NCBI GenBank assembly: GCA_002269645.1
Contig: NIVC01000106.1
Location: 682,001-746,000, forward strand
Direction of reading: 5' to 3'
DNA from: Macrostomum lignano
Taxonomy: Eukaryota
DNA: 64,000 nucleotides
This document shows positions 12,913 to 24,700 of this stretch, one piece after another (within the stretch, counting starts at the first letter, position 1; each line of letters starts with the position of its first letter). Made by a program: the position numbers and the translations under genes. The notes below the pieces were generated by a model, which was not told the origin of the DNA, searched no databases, and saw only the letters and a list, made by a program, of their open reading frames with translations.

Positions 12913-15490
12913 TGAAATTTCCCTACTAGCTCCTATATCTTACGATTGTGAAGTTTCCCTACTAGCTCCTATATCTTACGATTGTGAAATTCCCTACTAG
13001 CTCCTATATCTTACGATTGTGAAATTCCCTACTAGCTCCTATATCTTACGATTGTGAAATTCCCTACTAGCTCCTATATCTTACGATTGTGAAGTTTCCC
13101 TACCAGCTCCTATATCTTACGATTGTGGAATTTCCCTACTAGCTCCTATATCTTACGATTGTGAAATTTCCCAACTGTTTTGTAGCCTCAGATTGTGGAA
13201 TTTCCCCACTGTTTTGTAGCCTCAGATTGTGGAATTTCCCCAATGTCTTGCAGCCTCAGATTGTGGAATTTCCCCACTGTTTTGTAGCTTTAGATTGTGG
13301 AATTTCCCCACTGTCTTGTAGCTTTAGATTGTGGAATTTCCCCACTGTCTTGTAGCTTTAGATTGTGGAATTTCCCCACTGTTTTGTAGCTTTAGATTGT
13401 GGAATTTCCCCACTGTTTTGTAGCCTCAGATTGTGGAATTTCCCCACTGTTTTGTAGCTTTAGATTGTGGAATTTCCCCACTGTTTTGTAGCCTCAGATT
13501 GTGGAATTTCCCCACTGTTTTGTAGCTTTAGATTGTGGAATTTCCCCAATGTCTTGTAGCTTTAGATTGTGGAATTTCCCCACTGTTTTGTAGCTTTAGA
13601 TTGTGGAATTTCCCCACTGTCTTGTAGCTTTAGATTGTGGAATTTCCCCAATGTCTTGTAGCTTTAGATTGTGGAATTTCCCCACTGTTTTGTAGCCTCA
13701 GATTGTGGAATTTCCCCACTGTTTTGTAGCTTTAGATTGTGGAATTTCCCCACTGTTTTGTAGCCTCAGATTGTGGAATTTCCCCAATGTCTTGTAGCTT
13801 TAGATTGTGGAATTTCCCCACTGTTTTGTAGCTTTAGATTGTGGAATTTCCCCACTGTTTTGTAGCTTTAGATTGTGGAATTTCCCCACTGTCTTGTAGC
13901 TTTAGATTGTGGAATTTCCCCACTGTTTTGTAGCCTCAGATTGTGGAATTTCCCCACTGTTTTGTAGCTTTAGATTGTGGAATTTCCCCACTGTTTTGTA
14001 GCTTCAGATTGTGGGATTTCCCCACTGTTTTGTAGCCTCAGATTGTGGAATTTCCCCACTGTTTTGTAGCTTTAGATTGTGGAATTTCCCCACTGTTTTG
14101 TAGCCTCAGATTGTGGAATTTCCCCAATGTCTTGTAGCTTTAGATTGTGGAATTTCCCCACTGTTTTGTAGCCTCAGATTGTGGAATTTCCCCACTGTTT
14201 TGTAGCTTTAGATTGTGGAATTTCCCCAATGTCTTGTAGCTTTAGATTGTGGAATTTCCCCACTGTTTTGTAGCCTCAGATTGTGGAATTTCCCCACTGT
14301 CTTGTAGCTTTAGATTGTGGAATTTCCCCAATGTCTTGTAGCTTTAGATTGTGGAATTTCCCCACTGTTTTGTAGCCTCAGATTGTGGAATTTCCCCACT
14401 GTTTTGTAGCTTTAGATTGTGGAATTTCCCCACTGTTTTGTAGCCTCAGATTGTGGAATTTCCCCACTGTCTTGTAGCTTTAGATTGTGGAATTTCCCCA
14501 CTGTTTTGTAGCCTCAGATTGTGGAATTTCCCCACTGTTTTGTAGCTTTAGATTGTGGAATTTCCCCACTGTTTTGTAGCCTCAGATTGTGGAATTTCCC
14601 CACTGTCTTGTAGCTTTAGATTGTGGAATTTCCCCACTGTTTTGTAGCCTCAGATTGTGGAATTTCCCCACTGTTTTGTAGCCTCAGATTGTGGAATTTC
14701 CCCACTGTTTTGTAGCCTCAGATTGTGGAATTTCCCCACTGTTTTGTAGCTTTAGATTGTGGAATTTCCCCACTGTTTTGTAGCTTTAGATTGTGGAATT
14801 TCCTCACTGTTTTGCAGCCTCAGATTGTGGAATTTCCCCACTGTTTTGTAGCTTTAGATTGTGGAATTTCCCCACTGTTTTGTAGCCTCAGATTGTGGAA
14901 TTTCCCCAATGTCTTGTAGCTTTAGATTGTGGAATTTCCCCACTGTTTTGTAGCCTCAGATTGTGGAATTTCCCCACTGTTTTGTAGCCTCAGATTGTGG
15001 AATTTCCCCACTGTTTTGTAGCCTCAGATTGTGGAATTTCCCCACTGTTTTGTAGCTTTAGATTGTGGAATTTCCCCACTGTTTTGTAGCTTTAGATTGT
15101 GGAATTTCCTCACTGTTTTGCAGCTTTAAATTGTGGAATTTCCCCACTGTTTTGTAGCCTCAGATTGTGGAATTTCCTCACTGTTTTGCAGCTTTAAATT
15201 GTGGAATTTTCCCCCACTGTTTTGTAGCTTCAGATTGTGGAATTTCCCCACTGTTTTGTAGCTTCAGATTGTGGAATTTCCCCACTGTTTTGTAGCCTCA
15301 GATTGTGGAATTTCCCCACTGTTTTGTAGCTTCAGATTGTGGAATTTCCCTACTGTTTTGTAGCTTCAGATTGTGGAATTTCCCCACTGTTTTGTAGCCT
15401 CAGATTGTGGAATTTCCCTACTGTTTTGTAGCCTCAGATTGTGGAATTTCCCCACTGTCTTGTAGCCTCAGATTGTGGAATTCCCCCACT
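12913..15490. repeat. 34-bp minisatellite GATTGTGGAATTTCCCCACTGTTTTGTAGCTTTA, preceded by a 35/36-bp variant block at 12913-13160; upstream of the AP5B1 ATG
   Basis: Tandem copies read directly. Confidence 0.95.
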
Positions 15491-16078
15491 GTACCGTTTG
15501 CAGCCTAAAAACTATCGTACCATAAACATAGATAAAAAACAATTTTAAAAGCAAAAAGTTGAGACAATCAAAGCTAATCAAGCTACTAGTATATTGCGGT
15601 GCTCCAACAACAACAATATAAATTAAATAATCATTATATATGTAATTGGTACTCGCATTAGAATTTACCTACAGATATAGCGTGGACAATCGATCAGTGA
15701 TCCGTATTCACCAGAAAAAACTGAACAGCAAACTCAAACAAAAGCATTTACGAAAATTGATTCATTTTTTACGACGTCAAAATCAAGTTTTATTTCAAGT
15801 TCAGTAGGACAATAACTTCAACGAAGTGCCAGACACTGAATAATACAATGAGAGATTTATGGTGAAGAAATGGTTTGGAGTTTTGGCGAAATGCAAATTT
15901 ATATATATTACAATATTATTATTGTATTAGCTTACATTTAAACGGAATTTCAAATATTAATAATACATTGGTTAATGATATCGAACGTTTCGAAGTGGTT
16001 GGTAAAGTGAAAAATAGTTATCAACAAAATTGAATCTCCGCTCGTAAAGTAAATGTAAAATAACTCAAAGGCAATTTC

Positions 16079-17240
16079 GTTGGTCAGCTGGGGTCCGAGG
16101 GCGATTGATTTTGTTGGTCAGCTGGGGTCAGAGGGAGATTTTGTTGGTCAGCTGGGGTCAGAGGGAGATTTTGTTGGTCAGCTGGGGTCAGAGGGAGATT
16201 TTGATGGTCAGCTGGGGTCAGAGGGAGATTTTGTTGGTCAGCTGGGGTCAGAGGGAGATTTTGTTGGTCAGCTGGGGTCAGAGAGAGATTTTGTTGGTCA
16301 GCTGGGGTCAGAGAGAGATTTTGTTGGTCAGCTGGGGTCAGAGGGAGATTTTGTTGGTCAGCTGGGGTCAGAGGGAGATTTTGTTGGTCAGCTGGGGTCA
16401 GAGATAGATTTTGTTGGTCAGCTGGGGTCAGAGAGAGATTTTGTTGGTCAGCTGGGGTCAGAGGGAGATTTTGTTGGTCAGCTGGGGTCAGAGAGAGATT
16501 TTGTTGGTCAGCTGGGGTCAGAGAGAGATTTTGTTGGTCAGCTGGGGTCAGAGATAGATTTTGTTGGTCAGCTGGGGTCAGAGAGAGATTTTGTTGGTCA
16601 GCTGGGGTCAGAGAGAGATTTTGTTGGTCAGCTGGGGTCAGAGGGAGATTTTGTTGGTCAGCTGGGGTCAGAGATAGATTTTGTTGGTCAGCTGGGGTCA
16701 GAGAGAGATTTTGTTGGTCAGCTGGGGTCAGAGAGAGATTTTGTTGGTCAGCTGGGGTCAGAGAGAGATTTTGTTGGTCAGCTAGGGTCAGAGAGAGATT
16801 TTGTTGGTCAGCTGGGGTCAGAGAGAGATTTTGTTGGTCAGCTGGGGTCAGAGAGAGATTTTGTTGGTCAGCTGGGGTCAGAGATAGATTTTGTTGGTCA
16901 GCTGGGGTCAGAGATAGATTTTGTTGGTCAGCTGGGGTCAGAGAGAGATTTTGTTGGTCAGCTAGGGTCAGAGAGAGATTTTGTTGGTCAGCTGGGGTCA
17001 GAGAGAGATTTTGTTGGTCAGCTGGGGTCAGAGGGAGATTTTGTTGGTCAGCTGGGGTCAGAGATAGATTTTGTTGGTCAGCTGGGGTCAGAGAGAGATT
17101 TTGTTGGTCAGCTGGGGTCAGAGATAGATTTTGTTGGTCAGCTGGGGTCAGAGAGAGATTTTGTTGGTCAGCTGGGGTCAGAGGGAGATTTTGTTGGTCA
17201 GCTGGGGTCAGAGGGAGATTTTGTTGGTCAGCTGGGGTCA
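16079..17240. repeat. 30-bp minisatellite TTGTTGGTCAGCTGGGGTCAGAGAGAGATT, between ATP7 and AP5B1
   Basis: Highly homogeneous tandem copies (about 38). Confidence 0.97.
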
Positions 17241-17934
17241 TATCACAATTTTTACTGGTGGTGTCAGAAGGCAATTTGTGTCAGGAGAAAGTGATTTTGA
17301 AGAGGTTTTATTGAAAAAAAATTATTGAGAATTTATTCAGAGCAAGGAAATAATTTTTTTCTCTATATAGTGGAAGGCAAAGAGAAGGACACATCAGTTC
17401 TGAACCAGTTCTTATTCCTGAATTAAAAAAGCTTTTAAAGTCAAAGCAAAAAAAGAACACAACACCACCAGTACCGCAAGAAGTTAGGAATCACGGAACT
17501 ACTGGCTTTAATTTAGACGTCTCTTACCCGGAACTTGGACAACAACGAATAATCGGTGTTTGACGAACGAAGAATTAGCTGAAAATCAATTGTATATAAG
17601 ATAATTGAAAATATTTCAAGCGGATGATAAAAAACGAGCAAAAATACGCATTGCTTTACGACTTAGTATTAGTAGTGAGTAGCGAACGCGCGCTAGTTTT
17701 TTTAAAACACGCCGAGAAAAGAATAAATATTTGCAAATTTTAGGGAAAAGGGACAGACAAAGATTAACAAGTTTGTTTCAGTTTTTACATTATATTTATA
17801 ACTCATTGAGAGCCATTGAATCGAATTTCGGGTACATTTAGAGGTCCTTGCGTGTTTGAACAAAATTGTAGACACATCTTCAAGACCAGTTTATGCTGCA
17901 TCTGATTAAAGCGTTAAGAATCACCGTCAGGGTG

Positions 17935-18205
17935 TTCAAAGTGGCCCCTTCAGAAGCATCACCGTCAGGATATTCAAAGTGGCTCCTTCAGAAGCATCAC
18001 CGTCAGGATATTCAAAGTGGCTCCTTCAGAAGCATCACCGTCAGGATATTCAAAGTGGCTCCTTCAGAAGCATCACCGTCAGGATATTCAAAGTGGCTCC
18101 TTCAGAAGCATCACAGTCAGGATATTCAAAGTGGCTCCTTCAGAAGCATCACAGTCAGGATATTCAAAGTGGCTCCTTCAGAAGCATCACAGTCAGGATA
18201 TTCAA
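17935..18205. repeat. 38-bp minisatellite TTCAAAGTGGCTCCTTCAGAAGCATCACCGTCAGGATA, downstream of the ATP7 stop
   Basis: About 7 tandem copies. Confidence 0.93.
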
Positions 18206-18703
18206 ACGATTCTTTTCGAAAACATCAACACCATCAAGATATTCAAAGCAGATCCTTCTAATACATGTACATCACGGAGATCTGTAGTTCTGCGTATTTC
18301 AACGAGGACTGCGTAAATGAATGAAAATGGAACAAATGAAAAAGACACACTTTTAACCAAGGTAAGCACAGAAATTATTGATTTACAATAAAGTAAAATT
18401 AAGTAACTTCGAATCGGTATTCTGGTACGGAATGATAAATGGACTCGCGTATAAACAAACTAAATCAATTAAATAATGACATCACAGTCAATTAAAAAAG
18501 CCAAATTAACAGTCGGAGATTATGCGCCAATCATACTACTTATTTTAATTCAGAAATCGAATAGCTCGAATTTAATCAGACACAAATAATGATTGAAATC
18601 ATACAAACTCCGACTGTTAAAAATGGCATATATAATAAAACTTCGATTCAATGTTAATTACAGACAAATCAATAAGCGACAAAAAACATTGAAAAAATTA
18701 TCT

Positions 18704-21700
18704 TCAGACCGGAGACACCGCCCCAGCGAAGCCGTTGCCGTCAAGTCGATGGTCAGCGTCGGAGTCGTCATCCTCGCTGCTGTCGCCCTCTTCCAGCAGG
18801 CTGCGGCTCAACTCGCTAGGCGGTCGCCGATTATTGGACGAAGCTCCGAGTCCGCCGCTGAGGCCGCCGCCGCTCAGCCTGGACAGGACGCTGCGAAGGG
18901 AGAGGCGGCCAGAGTTGCGGTCGATACGGGCGCCGCCGGAGCCGCTGGCGTTGGCGGATGTTGATTGGCGGAAATGCTCGGAACCGCGGAACACCTGCTT
19001 AGAGTGGGGTTCGGACACTTTTTTGTGGTGCGCTAGTGTCTGCACTGTCACTCTAGTGTCTGCAATGGCACTCTAGTGTCTGCACTGTCACTCTAGTGTC
19101 TGCAATGGCACTCTAGTGTCTGCACTGTCACTCTAGTGTCTGCACTGTCACTCTAGTGTCTGCACTGTCACTCTAGTGTCTCCAATCAAAATAGCATCGC
19201 ACCTGGACTTCATCCCGACGCAGCGGCCTGTCGGTGAAACCACCGTCTCTCATGGAGTCTTCCGAAGGCCGTTGCCAGGTGCGCAGAAGCAGGCTGAGGC
19301 CGACTACGCTGACAGAGCTCAATGCCATAGCGGCCGAGGCCATCCAGGGCTTGAGCTCAAGGCCCAGCGGCATGAAAGCGCCTGCGGCAACTGGTATGCC
19401 AATCAAATTGTAGACTGTAGCGGCTAAGAAGTTTAGCCGGATCCGACGAACCGTCACGGTGCTCAGCGAGATTGCGGCGACCACGTCGAGGAGATTGTTG
19501 CGAATGAGGACAACATCGGCAGCTTCAACAGCCACGTCGGTGCCTGCAGGAGTTAATCATCGATATTAAACAGTTAATTATATCGATACTGAAAGTTAAG
19601 TATTAGTATTAGGAGTAAACTTTCGATATTTAAAGAGTTGATTATCGATTTTAAAACTGTTACGTATCAATATTCAAAAATCGATTTTCCTATTGAAAGC
19701 GCTAATTAATTAATTATTCATCAATATTAAAAGAATGGTTATCAATATTTGAAACAGTTAATTATCGATATTGAATGAGTCAATTATCGATATTAAAAGT
19801 GTTAATTATCGATATTGAGTTAGTTATCGATATTGAAAGTTAATTATCGATATTGAAAGTTAATTAACGATACTTAAAGTTAATTATCGATATTGAAAGT
19901 TAATTAACGATATTAAAAGAATGATTATCAATATTGAAACAGTTAATTATCGATATTGAATGAGTCAATTATCGATATTAAAAGTGTTAATTATCAATAT
20001 TGAAAGTGTTAATTATCAATATTGAAAGTTAATTATCGATATTCAAAGTTAATTATCGATATTAAAAGTTAATTAACAATATTAAAATAGTTAGTTATCG
20101 ACACTGAAAAAGTTAATTATCTATGTTAATAGATACGGATGGAATGATAAATGGACTCGTTAGTTATCGATATTGAAAGGGTTAGTTATCGATATTCAAA
20201 GTTAATTAACGATATTGAAAGTTAATTATCGATATTGAAAGTTAATTAACGATATTGAAAGAGTTAGTTATCGATGCTAAATGAGTCAATTATCGCAGTT
20301 AAGACAGCAAATTAAGCACAAAACCCAGTTTCAAACCATCGATACTACTACATACTTGAATTTCTCACTCACCTGTCCCAATAGCGATACCAACATCAGC
20401 CTGGGCGAGAGCCGGCGAATCGTTAATCCCATCGCCGATCATAGCCACTCGAGCTTTCGGATCGCGTTGGAACTGCTGCACCTTGGACACTTTGTGCTGC
20501 GGCAGAACCTCGGCAAAGACAATCTTAATACCAACTTCTCTAGCAATGGCTAAGGCGGTTTTACGATTGTCTCCAGTGAGTAGGCAGACCTTGCGGCCAA
20601 GCTGAGTGAGGGCGTGTACGGCCAGTTTGGCCTCGGGCTTGACTCGGTCGGACACGGACACCAGGCCAGCCAGGCGACCAGCCAGGGTGCACAGGACAAC
20701 GGTTTCGCCGTTCTCTTCGGCCGCTTGCATTACCTGCGGGTTAAAAAAATGATAATTGGAGACTTGCTGGCGAGTTAATGGGGACAGCATTAATAATTAT
20801 TATATTTGGAGAATTAAAATTCTTGCCATATTTGTTGCTATGGGCACATAGCAACAGAATTTGGTGTGAATTTACTACTATAAGTAGGCCAGACTTGAGC
20901 GGGAGGCGATTCTATCCACTAGAAGGGGAGATTCTATTCTCTAGAGGGGGAGATTCTATCCTCTAGAAGGGGAGATTCTATCCTCTAGAGGGGGAGATTC
21001 TATCCTCTAGAAGGGGAGATTCTATCATCTAGAAGGGGAGATTCTATCCTCTAGAAGGGGAGATTCTATCCTCTAGAGGGGGAGATTCTATCCTCTAGAA
21101 GGGGAGATTCTATCATCTAGAAGGGGAGATTCTATCCTCTAGAGGGGGAGATTCTATTCTCTAGAGGGGGAGATTCTATCCTCTAGAGGGGGAGATTCTA
21201 TCCTCTAGAGGGGGAGATTCTATCCTCTAGAAGGGGAGATTCTATCCTCTAGAGGGGGAGATTCTATCCTCTAGAGGGGGAGATTCTATCCACTAGAAGG
21301 GGAGATTCTATCCACTAGAGGGGGAGATTCTATCCTCTAGAGGGGGAGATTCTATCCTCTAGAGGGGGAGATTCTATCCTCTAGAGGGGGAGATTCTATC
21401 CTCTAGAGGGGGAGATTCTATCCTCTAAAAAAGGGAATTCTATCCTCTAAGGGGGAGATTCTATCCTTTACAGGAGGCAGATTATAGAAGGGATCTGGCG
21501 CGGCGCTCTAATGTTCCAGTGCCAGGGCAGTCACATTAATTTGGGGCTTATTTGGAATCTCGGCTTGGCTCTGCTCGTGCGCAATGAACGGCCTTGAGGG
21601 CCAACCCCCCATCCCAAGGCACATGCGTACAAGTGTACATGCCTAACGATAAATAAAGTCAGGGCCGCCATGTACACTCCTGTGCGAGTGAGTGCTTGTG

Positions 21701-24700
21701 CGTATGACTGCGTACGTATCCGCGCGCTTGTGTGCTTGTAATGCCTCTCGCCGGTTGTGTGACAATGTCGTTTAAAGTGCGCCAGGGTGCAAACAGCCCC
21801 CCTGCCTCTAATTTAATAAAAGAACCGATTAAACAAGTAGAAATGTTTCGACTTTTACCTCATCAACGTTAGGCGGCACGTTAATGCCATTCTTTAGCAT
21901 CCAAGCCCGGTTGCCAATGAGAACGGGCAGCGGATCGGCCACTCCGCTATCTGCGCCGCCGGTTGCTAAGCGAGAATTTCCGCCTCCGCCAAATTTGTTA
22001 GAGGCAGTGGCAGCTCCGAAGCCGTCAACTTGAATCAGAGCGGAAGTTTCGCTAATATCCATTTCTGGCGAACTGATTCGGTCAATGTGGACCCCGCCGC
22101 AGTCCAGCTGGGTGCCTTCAGATTCCAGACGATCGATCAACCGCTTGTTTAGAGCTACTCTACAGCTCAGACCGTAGCCTGGCATGGCCTGCGCGTGGAT
22201 TTTCGTTTAGGTTAATAAATTTAGGCGATAAAAAACAGACATTTCTACTAGCTGAATTTAGGTACTGTAATGCGCACATGAAATTATATTTTAAATAAAA
22301 GGTAAAATAAAATTACGGGGCACAATAAATGTGGCATTTTGATTCACGGAGCCGTTTTTTGGCGCTTATATTCACAGATATTTTTGGCGCCAATATTTAC
22401 AGCACCTATGTCTGGCGCCCATATTTGCAAAATCTGTTTTTGGCACCCATATTTACAACACCTAGAACACTATTCAATTTTCCTAGGCAGAACAAAGGTA
22501 AGCCACAAACCTGAAAATTGGAACAAGTTCCCCAGTCATGCCTGTCCCGAAAGGCGCGCTTTACAAATCCGCATACAGCCTGAGCAATTGCGTGCTCAGA
22601 ATTGGCCTCAGCTAGGCCCAGAGCCTGCAGGAAATCTTGCAACGGTAGCATCTTATCGCTTAAAAATAGAAACAGTTTAGTGACCTCCGGCTTGCCAAAA
22701 GTTACAGTGCCAGTTTTGTCAAAGATAAAATGAGTCACTCGATGAGCAGTTTCCAATGGTTCACCGCCTTTGATTAGAATGCCATTGACCGCTCCGACAC
22801 CTGTGCCAACCATCACGGCGGTTGGAGTGGCCAAGCCTAAGGCGCACGGGCAAGCAATGGAGAGTACGGTGATGGCTAGTTTAAATGCGTGCTCCCAGAT
22901 GCGCTCGTGCTGACTGATGCCTGTGCCATCGTCTGCAATTTGGTAGTGTATTGTATATGTGTTATGTAGTTCGGTTACTGTGTACAGTACAGTGTCTATG
23001 GGCGATTCCAGAGAGTATATACAGTGTCTATGGGGCGATTCCCAGAGAGTATATACAGTGTCTATGGGCGATTCCAGAGAGTATATACAGTGTCTATGGG
23101 GCGATTCCCAGAGAGTATATACAGTGTGTCTATGAGGCGATTCCTAGAGAGTATATACAGTGTCTATGAGGCGATTCCTAGAGAGTATATACAGTGTCTA
23201 TGAGGCGATTCCTAGAGAGTATATACAGTGTGTCTATGAGGCGATTCCTAGAGAGTAATACAGTGTCTATGAGGCGATTCCTAGAGAGTATATACAGTGT
23301 GTCTATGGGGCGATTCAGAGAGTAATACAGTGCGTCTATGAGGCGATTCCTAGAGAGTAATACAGTGTCTATCAGGCGATTCCTAGAGAGTATATACAGT
23401 GTCTATGGGGCGATTCCTAGAGAGTATATACAGTGTGTCTATGAGGCGATTCCTAGAGAGTATATACAGTGTCTATGGGGCGATTCCTAGAGAGTATATA
23501 CAGTGTCTATGGGGCGATTCCTAGAGAGTATATACAGTGTGTCTATGAGGCGATTCCTAGAGAGTATATACAGTGTGTCTATGGGGCGATTCCTAGAGAG
23601 TATATACAGTGTGTCTATGGGGCGATTCAGAGAGTAATACAGTGCGTCTATGAGGCGATTCCTAGAGAGTAATACAGTGTCTATGAGGCGATTCCTAGAG
23701 AGTATATACAGTGTCTATGGGGCGATTCCTAGAGAGTATATACAGTGTCTATGGGGCGATTCCTAGAGAGTATATACAGTGTCTATGGGGCGATTCCTAG
23801 AGAGTATATACAGTGTCTATGGGGCGATTCCTAGAGAGTATATACAGTGTGTCTATGAGGCGATTCCTAGAGAGTATATACAGTGTGTCTATGGGGCGAT
23901 TCCTAGAGAGTATATACAGTGTGTCTATGGGGCGATTCCTAGAGAGTATATACAGTGTCTATGGGGCGATTCCTAGAGAGTAATACAGTGCGTCTATGAG
24001 GCGATTCCTAGAGAGTATATACAGTGTGTCTATGGGGCGATTCCCAGAGAGTATATACAGTGTGTCTATGAGGCGATTCCTAGAGAGTAATACAGTGTCT
24101 ATGAGGCGATTCCTAGAGAGTATATACAGTGTCTATGGGGCGATTCCTAGAAAGTATATACAGTGTCTATGGGGCGATTCCTAGAGAGTATATACAGTGT
24201 GTCTATGGGGCGATTCCTAGAGAGTAATACAGTGTGTCTATGGGGCGATTCCTAGAGAGTATATACAGTGTCTATGGGGCGATTCCTAGAGAGTAATACA
24301 GTGCGTCTATGAGGCGATTCCTAGAGAGTATATACAGTGTGTCTATGGGGCGATTCCCAGAGAGTATATACAGTGTGTCTATGGGGCGATTCCTAGAGAG
24401 TATATACAGTGTCTATGGGGCGATTCCTAGAGAGTATATACAGTGTCTATGGGGCGATTCCTAGAGAGTATATACAGTGTCTATGGGGCGATTCCTAGAG
24501 AGTATATACAGTGTCTATGGGGCGATTCCTAGAGAGTATATACAGTGTCTATGGGGCGATTCCTAGAGAGTATATACAGTGTCTATGAGGCGATTCCTAG
24601 AGAGTAATACAGTGTCTATGGGGCGATTCCTAGAGAGTAATACAGTGTGTCTATGGGGCGATTCCTAGAGAGTATATACAGTGTCTATGAGGCGATTCCT

